The position numbers were made by a program, and so were the translations under genes. Source: Bradymonadia bacterium (GTDB lineage Bacteria; Myxococcota_A; Bradymonadia; UBA7976; UBA1532). From it: a stretch of DNA of 64,000 nucleotides. The stretch covers positions 96,001 to 160,000 of the forward strand of contig JBKAGE010000075.1 of assembly GCA_046290225.1 (NCBI GenBank), given 5' to 3'. The notes under the pieces are model-generated. The model searched no databases. It saw nothing but the letters and a program-made list of their open reading frames with translations, and was not told the DNA's origin. Shown here in pieces: positions 34,959-45,000 of the stretch. The stretch's first letter is position 1; every line of letters begins with the position of its first letter.

Positions 34959-37900
34959 CGGACCGCCTCCTGTCGAGGGACGATGAATGCAGACAGTTGC
35001 CTGACTCCAGCGGCGGGGCCGGGGAGTACGGGGACATCTGAGCCTGCGCTCAAGTGGATGATCTGGTTGCCTTCAGCGAGGGCGAGGCCGCGCTCGGCGC
35101 GGACGACCTCTTCGATGCTCAAAATGGCCGATGTGACCAGGTCGTAGGCCAGGACCGGCTCGCCACCATCGTCGGGGATCCGGTACACCCCGGCGTCTGT
35201 CGCTGCGAGCACACCGCCCTCATCGGCGAGGGCGAGGGCCTCGACCGCGAAGTCCAGGCCGACGCTCTCCGCAGCGGGGAGCGGATCGGCGATGGTCACG
35301 GACTGCACTCGGCGGGCCTTGGCGTCGACGATGTAGGCCGTGCCTGTACGGAGATCGGCGAGCAGCTGCTGGGGCTGGCCGCCGAGGATCAGCGTATCGG
35401 TGACGATGTTGGGCAGCCCGGCGTTGGCGCGGGCGGCGTTCACCAGGGTCAGGCTGCTGGCGTTGGGGCTCACGATGGCCAGATGGGCGCTGCCGAGGCC
35501 GCCGGTGCCCGTGGGCAGCCAGGCCATGTCCACCGGGCCTTCGATGCCAGTGCTCACCGTGCGTAGCACCTTGAGCGTGTCGGGATCGATGATGGTCACT
35601 GTACCGTTTCGGGCATCGAGGGCCCACACTCGGCCAGCGCCGTACACCACGTCGATGGTGTCGTAGCCTGTGGGCACCACCCGAGCGAGGACCGGGGTGT
35701 CGCCGGTGAGATCGACCACTGCGACCCCGCCGGTGCCTGGAGAGGCCACGAACAGGCGGCTGCCGTCCTCCGCCGCCGCCATGCCCGCGGTGCCCTGACC
35801 CACGGTGACGTCGGCCCAGGGGGTGAAGGTCTCGCGCTGAAGCTGCGGATCGAAGCCGTACTGGAACAGGAGCACCCGGCCTCGGGCCGCCGTACCCGCC
35901 GTGGCGGCGAGGATGGGCGTGCCCTGGTCGGCCACCTGGATCTGCGTCGTGTAATCGGCGTCGTTCCCCGAAGGCGGCCGCGCGCTCAAGCGAATGCGGG
36001 CGTCGCCAGCGTCGGTGAAGCTCGGCGTCCAGCGGACCGTGACCCGGGTGGGCGTGTCGTCGGGCGGATCCTGCTCTGGGGGCGGGCCGTTGATCTCGGC
36101 GACGGCGCCTTCGGGCAGGCTGCTCATGATCACCTGAAGCGGCGCATCGTATACCCCCTCGTCCCGAAGGGCGGGGGTGATCACGTACTCGACCACCACC
36201 TCTTCACCCTCAGAGGCCTCGACCTCGAGGGGGCCGGCGATGATGGGGGGCGCGCTGCCGACCCGGATCTCGAGCTCGGCGACGGCGCGGCCGCCGTCTC
36301 CATCGTCCACGGTGGCCCGTACCTGGTACACCCCGCGGCTCTGATAGCGGTACTCGTGGGTGGCGAGGTTGCCCACCTCGTCGCCGTTGCCCATCTCCCA
36401 CGTCAGCCGGGGCACATCACCTGGTGCGTCGTCGATGTGGGCGGTGAAGGTGATGGGCGTGTCGAGGGCTGCGTTGAGGGTAGAGGCCTCGATCTCGAGC
36501 ACCGGATCGCGGTTCTCGATGATGATGGCCACGTCGGTGCTCGTGCCCGTGTCTTCTTCGTCGTACACCGTGAGACGGGCCGTGTAGACGCCGTCATCGG
36601 CGTAGGTGTAGATCACGTCGGGGGTGTCGTCCTCGACGAAGAGGGGCGGATCACCGGGGCCCTCGTGATCCCCGAAGGTCCACTCGTAGCGATCGATGGG
36701 ATCAGCAAGACCACCGCCCTGCACGATGCAGCCCGTGATCACGAGGGGCTCGCCCTCTACACCATCGAAGCGCGGCGGGCAGCTCACGCTGGGCTCGGCA
36801 TCGAGGATCTCGATCTCTCGCTGCAGCTGAGTCGAGGAGTCTTCGTCGGTGATGGTGAGGGTGATGGTGTATCGCCCCTGCTCGTTGAAGTTGTGGGTGA
36901 CCAGATCTTCTTCGAGGCCGTTCACCTCCGGGCTGCCATCCCCGAAGTTCCATCGGAAGTCCGTGATGGGATCCGCGGCACCGCCTGCCCGGCTCGCCCG
37001 GGCGTCGAGGACCACGTCTTCACCTTCTTGCGCCACCAGAGGGGCGATGAGCAGAGGCTCGGGCTGGAGATCAGCCACTTCGATGTCGAACTGCACCTCG
37101 GTCTGCGAGTCGATGTCGGAGACGGTGAGGGTCACCGTGTACGTGCCGTCGTCAGGGTAGATCGCCTGCACCTGAGTGAGGGCGGCGCCGCTCTGATCTT
37201 CCAGATCGTCGGCGCCGAAGTTCCAGCTGAAGCCGGTGATGGGCTCCGCGGCGCTGCCCGGCGCGGGGAGGCCTGCGGAGAACTCCGCCACGTCGCCCTC
37301 GCTCACGGGGTTCACCAACGGGCCGGCCCCCTGCACTGTGGGGCGGGCGTCGACAACGGTCACCGTGGTGGTGGCCTGACAGCTCGAGTCGATGTCGTTG
37401 AGGGTGAGGGTGACCTGATACTCGCCCTCGGCGTCGTACGCATGTCGGGGCCGGGGCTGGTTGGCGATGTTCAGGTTCTGGCCGTCGCCGAAATCCCAGC
37501 TCCAGAGGCTGAGCGGGTCGAGGGCGTGGCTCGCCGAAGAGCCCGAGCCGTCGAACTGCACCGCCTCGCCTTCGGCCACTTCATAGGGCCCCGCGAGCAC
37601 GCACGTGGGGTTGACATCCTCGATGGTCACCGTGGTCTGCGCGAAGGCAATGCGATCAGGCGCTGCCCGTACGCGGGCGCTGATGAGGTATTCGCCGTTC
37701 TGCTGGTTGCCGTCGAAGGGCACCACGGGGCTGTCACCGTCGTCGAACTGGCCATCGCCGTCGAGATCCCAGGCCCATTCCACGGGGATCTCCTCGGGGA
37801 AGGGCGTGCCGGTGCCGTCGATGTCGAGGGCGTCGCCCTGGGAGATGGTGTAGGGGCCGCCGAGATCCAGCTCCGGGAACTCGGCGATGGTGAAGCTCAC

Positions 37901-38860
37901 CTGGTCCTGGCCGATGACCTCGCCACAGGCGCTCACGGAGACGTTGGCCACATAGGCACCAGGGGCGTCGATCTCCTGGCCGGGGATCAGCACACCTTCA
38001 GGATCGTCACCTCGGGTGAGGGTGCCAGTGATGGCCTCGAGACAGCCCGCCTCGGACTGCACGTCGTAGGTGAGGGCACCGCCGAAGAGCACTGCGCCTT
38101 CCTCGATGCCTTCGATGGAGATTTGCGGGGGCACGGCGTTGGTGCGCACCCGGAGCTCGATGTCCTGGGTGTTGCCGCAATTGTCGGTCACCGTCACCGT
38201 GCGCAGGTTCACACAGCCGATGACCTCGTTGGACTGCTGCACGATGGGGTTGGGATCCTGCTCGTCGATGACCTGGATGGGCAGGTTGGCCAGATCAGGC
38301 GCGTTCTCCTGATAGCACTGGTCGAGCAGGTCGAAGTCCTGGTCGGCGAGGTAGACGAAGGGCGGTGCGCGGTCGATGCGCACCGTGGTCTGTGCTTCGT
38401 CCTGATCACCATCGTCATTGGTGGCCCTGACCAGAATGAGCCGATCGTCTCCATCGGAGATCAGGTCCGCAGGCACCGCGAGATCGTCGATGAGGGCCTG
38501 GTAGGGCTCACCGGGCACGCGATCGAACTGAAAGGGCGTGATGGTGGTCTCGAAGACTTCGACCGGATCGATGGCGTCGTTGATGTCTTCATCGACGAAG
38601 ATCTCGATGAGGACGTTCTGCCCCTCGTTCTCCTCGAGGGTGAGGCTGAGCACGATCCCGTTCGGCGAGACGGCCCCCTCGAAGACCTCACCCACTCTCA
38701 GAGGGGGCGTACCGAGGATCTCGTCATCATTGCCGACACAACTGCCTTCTACGGGCGCCTGCATCGTCAAAATCGGCTCGGCCTGGACGACACCGGGGAT
38801 CAAGCCGATGAGCAGCGTGACGCCGGCGAGGGATCCTGAGAGCTTCGAAAGGCTCGGCAT
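34955..38860 (-). CDS. Secreted multi-PKD protein with a C-terminal YVTN-like beta-propeller
   Basis: Signal peptide (VQA-E); repeated W.FGDG..H.Y...G.Y.VTLT PKD motifs; C-terminal LFVAS..GGVAVVD / GTVTIID blades. Confidence 0.88.
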   Translation of the reverse strand: MPSLSKLSGSLAGVTLLIGLIPGVVQAEPILTMQAPVEGSCVGNDDEILGTPPLRVGEVFEGAVSPNGIVLSLTLEENEGQNVLIEIFVDEDINDAIDPVEVFETTITPFQFDRVPGEPYQALIDDLAVPADLISDGDDRLILVRATNDDGDQDEAQTTVRIDRAPPFVYLADQDFDLLDQCYQENAPDLANLPIQVIDEQDPNPIVQQSNEVIGCVNLRTVTVTDNCGNTQDIELRVRTNAVPPQISIEGIEEGAVLFGGALTYDVQSEAGCLEAITGTLTRGDDPEGVLIPGQEIDAPGAYVANVSVSACGEVIGQDQVSFTIAEFPELDLGGPYTISQGDALDIDGTGTPFPEEIPVEWAWDLDGDGQFDDGDSPVVPFDGNQQNGEYLISARVRAAPDRIAFAQTTVTIEDVNPTCVLAGPYEVAEGEAVQFDGSGSSASHALDPLSLWSWDFGDGQNLNIANQPRPRHAYDAEGEYQVTLTLNDIDSSCQATTTVTVVDARPTVQGAGPLVNPVSEGDVAEFSAGLPAPGSAAEPITGFSWNFGADDLEDQSGAALTQVQAIYPDDGTYTVTLTVSDIDSQTEVQFDIEVADLQPEPLLIAPLVAQEGEDVVLDARASRAGGAADPITDFRWNFGDGSPEVNGLEEDLVTHNFNEQGRYTITLTITDEDSSTQLQREIEILDAEPSVSCPPRFDGVEGEPLVITGCIVQGGGLADPIDRYEWTFGDHEGPGDPPLFVEDDTPDVIYTYADDGVYTARLTVYDEEDTGTSTDVAIIIENRDPVLEIEASTLNAALDTPITFTAHIDDAPGDVPRLTWEMGNGDEVGNLATHEYRYQSRGVYQVRATVDDGDGGRAVAELEIRVGSAPPIIAGPLEVEASEGEEVVVEYVITPALRDEGVYDAPLQVIMSSLPEGAVAEINGPPPEQDPPDDTPTRVTVRWTPSFTDAGDARIRLSARPPSGNDADYTTQIQVADQGTPILAATAGTAARGRVLLFQYGFDPQLQRETFTPWADVTVGQGTAGMAAAEDGSRLFVASPGTGGVAVVDLTGDTPVLARVVPTGYDTIDVVYGAGRVWALDARNGTVTIIDPDTLKVLRTVSTGIEGPVDMAWLPTGTGGLGSAHLAIVSPNASSLTLVNAARANAGLPNIVTDTLILGGQPQQLLADLRTGTAYIVDAKARRVQSVTIADPLPAAESVGLDFAVEALALADEGGVLAATDAGVYRIPDDGGEPVLAYDLVTSAILSIEEVVRAERGLALAEGNQIIHLSAGSDVPVLPGPAAGVRQLSAFIVPRQEAVR

Positions 38861-39027
38861 GTTTCAGTCCATCCAAATGGTGGCGGAGAGGGTGGGGCAC
38901 AGCCTCACCCTCCCTTTAGGAATCAGTGTATGCAGTGCACCGGATCAGAGGCAAAACGCTGTGTTTGCTCATACGCCTCCTCCCCTCATCGCCTTTTGTT
39001 GCCAAAGACTTGAGGGATGGCGTGTCA

Positions 39028-42000
39028 TCACCGGGCTTCCCCACAAATCGGGGGCAAGTCGACAGGGTCGGCCCCGCCGACCCGTGCGAAGCATCGGTTG
39101 TACCCTCTCAACGCGAGACATCGGCCTGCCTGGTCTCGGCTGTGATCGAGGGCTGAGTAGAGATCGAAGTCGAAGTCGAGCAACTGCTCGGTGATGTCGA
39201 AGCGCACTTCGGCATCTGCAGCCCATTGATCTTCGGCACCGCACACCTCACTCAGGCGCTGCGTCCACACGTTCTCTCTGAACCGCAGAGTGTTGGCAAG
39301 ACACGTCTGCCACGGGCCGTCGTAGAGCCCGCTGAGACGAGCCTCGCTCAAGGCGATGCTGGCGTCCATGAGATCGAGACGAATTTCCAGGGCCAGGGCG
39401 TCGCTCATGCAGGGGCCCTGGCACTCGATCCCCCCGGGCTCGCCGAGGGCGAGCTGGGCTTCTCGGATGCGCAGCAGGGCCTTCGACAGCGCCGCACGCC
39501 CCGGTAGAGCGTTGCCCAGGTCGAGGACTTGCTGGATCTCAAAGGCCAGAGTGGCGAAGGACTCGGTGACCCGATCAGCGACGAGGTTGACCTGGAAGTC
39601 GATGCCCTGGAAGCCCGGTGGCGGGATCAAGTACCGGTTGTTGACGCCCCCGAGGCATGGGCTCTGCTGGCGCGCGAGCAGATCGTAGGCGGCGAAGATC
39701 TGCAGCCACACATCGTTGGCGCGCCAGGCCAGGCGCCCGATGGCGATCGTCTCTCGCAGGGTGGGATCAGCCATTTGAGCACGGGCCTCTACGAGCACGG
39801 GCTCGGCGGCGAGACGCTCGCGCTCGTCGATGAGGTCGAGCTCGGCCACGATGGCATTGAGGGCTTCGGTCTCTTTGAGGGTCTGGGTCAGGAGCAGCCA
39901 CATCCAGTCATCGACGGTGGCGCCCTGACCAGCGGCGAAGCTGAGCGCCTGGACGAGAGCACCGGCGGCGTTCAATGCGCTGCCTGTGACATCGCGCTGG
40001 GCGAACCACAGGGCCCGGTCGAGTGAGGACCGGGCGCCGTCGAGCGTGTTGGCTGCTGCCGGTGGAGAGGCCTCTACACGATCTGCCCAGCTGCGCTCGA
40101 TTTGCTCCAAGGCCTCGAGCAGGCTCGGAGCCCGTACGTCGATCACCAGGGTGCCACGGGTCTCGGAGTCGGTGTCGTGCACTGTGGCGGTGATGGTGTA
40201 CGTGCCCGGCGCATCGAAGGTGTGCTCCACCTCGAAGAGATCAGCACCACGGACCTGTGTGCCATCTCCAAAATCCCAGCTGTAGGCCTGGAGTGGATCG
40301 CTCACCACTCCGGGCTGCGCCGACACGGAGAATCGCTGAGGCGCCGAAGCGAAGGGCTCCGCAGGGCCCGAGAGCTCCACGATCACCGGAGGCGCATCGA
40401 CCACCCGAACCGGGACCTGGATCGAGGCCCGGCTGTCCTGGTCGATCACGGTGAGCTCGGCGGTGAAGACGCCGTCCCGGGTATAGGTGTGTGTGGCGAT
40501 GATCCCGCTGGTGTCAGGGGTACCGTCACCCCACCGCCAGACATATCCCGTGAGGCCGTCGAGGGGGCTTCCGGGCTGGGAGGGGCGCCCGTCGACGGCC
40601 AACGCCTGGCCCTCTACGATCGAGTATGGCCCCGTGGTCGCAGGCTGTGGCGCTGCGTCGACCACACTGATGGTGAGGGCGACGTTCGTCGATGCGCCGA
40701 AGCCATCGATCACCTGAATCTGTGGGCGGAACACCCCCACTTGATCGGTGGGGAAGTTGATCTGCCCTGCGAGCGTCCCGAGCAGGGCAGCATCTGCCTC
40801 CACAGGCACACCGGCCGCCTGGATCAGCTCATAGTCACCATCGCCGTCAAGATCCCAGCGGTACTCTGCCACGACATCGCCCACCTCGGGCGGCGTGGAG
40901 CCGCTCATGTCGAGGAGCAACGGCTCGCCTTCGACGACGGTGTGATGCAGGGTGCCCATCACCTGAGGCGGGCCGTTGATCGAGAACTCACGCTGACTGA
41001 CGAAGGCTTCACCGATGCAGTTTCGAGTGAGGGCGTCGAGGCGGTACACCCCTGGCTGATCGATGAGGCTGCCTTCGGTGTAGACCTGAACCCCGCCACC
41101 CTGGCGGGCCAGCGTCACGGTGGGCTCGTCCAGGCGACAGTCTGCTGGGGTCTCGTGATCCCAGGTGATGCTGGTGGAGCCCGAGAGCACACCTTCGCTC
41201 GGGGCGTCGAGGGTGAGGCGGGGGTTGATGCCCACCTGCCAGGTGCGAACGAACTCGCTGGTGTTGCCACAGGTGTCCGTGGCCACGAGCCGCTGGCTGC
41301 GGGTGCACGCACCTTCTGTCTGAGTGCGGCTCAATGTAGGGAAGGGGTCGAGGGCGTCGTAGACTTCGAGCTCGGCCCCCGGAGTACCCAGGGGATAGCA
41401 GCCACCCTCCACAGGGAGCGCAGAGGCGGCGATTTGCGGTGCCGTACGGTCGAACAACAGAGTGCCGGCGTCGAGTGTGAGGGGCTGGCCGCCGCCATCA
41501 TCGACGACAAAGGCCACATGGTGGAGCCCTTCGTCCACAGCCTCTGGTGCGAAGGTCACATCGCCTTCGAGGAGATCACCGTTCTCAGGCACGTCGACGA
41601 GCTGAGGCTCACCGAGGATCTCGCCATCGACAAGGACGGTGAGGAGCAGAGCGTCGCCGTCGGCGTCGGAGATGGCGTACTCGATGGTGAGGCCTTCGAT
41701 GCCGATGCACTGAGTCTCGTCGGCAGAAGGAGACAACAACACCCCTTGAGGGGGCACGCTGTCCCGGACCTGAATGACCACAGGGGTCGGTGCCGAGTTC
41801 ACGCCCCGGGCGTCCTGCACCCTCAAGAAGACCACCTGCGAGGTCCCCGGCAACCAGTTGGGGTTCACATAGTCTTCGATCACGGGCCCTGTGTAGTCGG
41901 ATCCCAGCTGTCCAGGGGCGCCGTTGGCGTCGTCGGCGCCGAACTGGCCGTCACCGTCGGTGTCCCAGGCCCAGGCGACGATCTCGTCACAGGGGGCGTT

Positions 42001-45000
42001 GGGATCATAGGAGGAGCGGCCGTCGATGGTGATGGGCTGGAACTCCACCACCAACCCCTCGCCGTCCCGTACGGGTCCGGTGACATAAGGGCCAGCGACC
42101 TGGGCGACGGGAGGCAGATTGTTCACGTTGATGGTGAGGTCGAGTTGGGTGGTGTCTTCGAGGCCACCGCCATCTGTGACCCGCAAGGCGATGGTGCGTA
42201 CACCATCGCCCTGGGCTCGGAAGCTCAACTGCGGCCCTGTGCCATCGTCGAACTGGCCGTCGCCATCGGTGTCCCAGGCCCAGTCGGTGATGACACCTTC
42301 TTCACCAGGGGCGTCCGAGAAGCTCTGGGCACCGCTGAGCTGTACATCGGCCTGACACCCCACCACGGTCTCTGCTGAGGTGATGATCGCCTGTGGGCCT
42401 TCGTAGATTTCCAGGCGCGTGCGGGCTACGGCGGTGGCGCCCAGGCGGTCCACTGCGGTGAGCTCGGTGATCCAGGTGCCGCGCTGGTCGACGCCGAGGG
42501 CGACGAGGGTGGCCCAGTCCACCTCGGCGACGGGATCTTCGACCTCCAGATCGGTCTCGCCGTCTCCATTAAAGTCCCAGAGGTAGCGCACAACGTCGTC
42601 GCCGCAGTCGCCATCGACGTCAAAGGTGCCGCTGGCGTCGAGGAACAAGTCGCTGCCCACCTGCACAGGGTAGGGGCCCCCGGAATCCACCACCGGCGGG
42701 TTGTTGCCCGCGGTGATCGAGAGGGCAAAGCGCGTCTCGGTGACCTCACCGGTGCTGTCTTCCAGACGCAGCCCCACATCGAGGGGGCCGTCGAAGCTGA
42801 AGCTCGAGGCCTGGGCCCAGAAGCGGGCATCGGCGCTGTCGTCATATTCGCCGTCGCCGTCGAGATCCCACGCCCACGAGACCAGATCGATGTCCGGGTG
42901 TCCGTGATCGCTGTCGGCGATGTCGAAGAGGATCCGCGCGTCGGGGCCGCAGGCTGCGGGGTTGGGCTGAACCAGCGCCCGGGACACGGGGCCCACGGGG
43001 TGCAGGGTCACCGAGGTGAGGTCTTCCCCGGGCAGGGCTTGTCGATCACGGACCTGGAGCCTCACCGGATATCGGGCGAGCGGGGTCTCGATGCCGAGAT
43101 CGAACAGCTCGTCGGCGGGGATGATGGTGATGGCCTCAGCACCATCGCCGTCATCGTCGATCCGCTCGATCTCGTAGTCGCCATCGTCGAGGAAGTCCCA
43201 GCGGTAGCGTCGGATGTAGTCGCCCTCGTTGAGTGGGTCGAAGCTGCCCGAGGCGTCCAGCACCAGATCTTCACCGACGAGCACATGGTAACCGGGCTCG
43301 GGGAACGGCTGAGGATCTGCATCAGCGGTGGGTGCTACGGCCTCGATCATCCGACGGATGGTGTAGAGGGTCACCGAGGCGCTGCCCGTAGAGTCGACCA
43401 GCCGCAGGCGTATGTTCAGGTCGGGGATCGAGTTCCGGGTGGGGATGGGCAGCGTAAAGCGCTCGAGGTCGACGATGGCCCCTGCTTCGCCCCCCCCGAT
43501 GATCTCGTAGATGCCATCATCATCGAGATCCCACTGGTAGGAGACGATGTCGATGTCGGGGTTTGGGTGGGCGCTCTGTCGGGCGTCGAGGCTGACGACG
43601 GTGCGACCCGTGATCGTGTCGATGGGCGCGGGATTGGGCCACTGCTCGATGACCGCGACTGGGCCAGTGGGTTGCCGCACCACCCCAAAGGTCGTCTCTG
43701 CCGTGGCACCCTGTCGGTCCGTCACGCGCAGCCTGCCCACGAGGGTGGGCAAATCGGTGCCGAGGGGTGACTCGGGCACGAGGAGCGCCAGAGTGTCGGA
43801 GTCGATGACCATCTCGACGCCGCGGCCATCGAAGAGGCCGTCATAGGCCCCGTCATTGTCGAGATCCCAGGCCCACTCCACGATCTGATCGTCGCACCGC
43901 CGATCAGGGTCGAAGGCGCTGTGCGCCGAGAGCGTGAGGGGTCGATTCGTCTCGCCGATGAAGAGCGCCGCATCGGGGATGGCGATGGGCGGCTGGTTGC
44001 CACCGCCTGCATCCACGGTGAAGAGGGTCTGTCCGGTGAGACCCTGATCGTCGATGACCCGGAGCACCACGGGGATCTGACCGCCCCGGTTGAATCGGTA
44101 CACGAGGACCGGATCACGGGTCTCGCGTTCGAACCCGGGCTCGCCATCGAGGCTCCACTGATAGCGTACGATCTGGTGGGCCGGATCGGGATGGAAGCTC
44201 TCGGAGGCATCGAGCTCAACTTCTACGTCACACAGAGTCGGTGTCGGCGTGGCGTTGAGCACGGCAGAGGGGTTGGGGGCGTAGATCGTGAGGGTGGTCT
44301 GCGCAGCGGTGGCCGCTTCACCATCATTGACGAGCACCCCGATGGGATGGGGGCGGTTGAGGGCAAGACCCTCGAGGAAGGCCTCGTCGAGGACCAGCGA
44401 CATGCCCTCGCCGTCATCGTAGGCGCCATCATCATCGAGATCCCATCTGACAGTCACAGCCTGGCCGCAGGCGATGTTCGGATCCTGGACATGGGCGGTG
44501 AGGGTGACGGCCTCGCCGAGCCCCGCAGTGTAGGGCCCGCCGGCGTCGACCACCGGAGTCTGGTTGTCCAGACCTCTCACCGTCACGGTGCGCGTGATCG
44601 TACTGGAGGCGTCTTGATCGTCTCTCACCCTCAAGGTGGCGGTGTAGACACCCTGCTGCACATAGCGGTGGGTGAAGATGCTCGAGGCGTTGTCACTGGT
44701 GAAGTCCGGCGCCACCCCGGTTTCCCACCAGAGGCCGTCGCTGTCGTCCACATCCCAGTCCCAGCCCACGAGGCGCCGCTCTCCGCCGCTGACGAAGCTC
44801 TCGTTGTGGCTGAACCTGACCATGCCATCCGTGGGGCCCGCACAGCCTTCGTTCACCACCTCGGGCACTGGGGCACCAGAGGCCACGGGGCCGAGCTCGA
44901 CGAGTTCGGGTACGAGCAGCTCGGAGGCCCACGCAGAGGTGATGGGGGGGCCCGCCAGATCACAGGTGATCGAGGCGCCGTCGCAGAACAAGTCAGTGGT

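Noticed and set aside
38888..38912. Hairpin between the two PKD genes as a terminator
   Set aside because: No U-tract on the coding (minus) strand; at most an mRNA stability or processing hairpin
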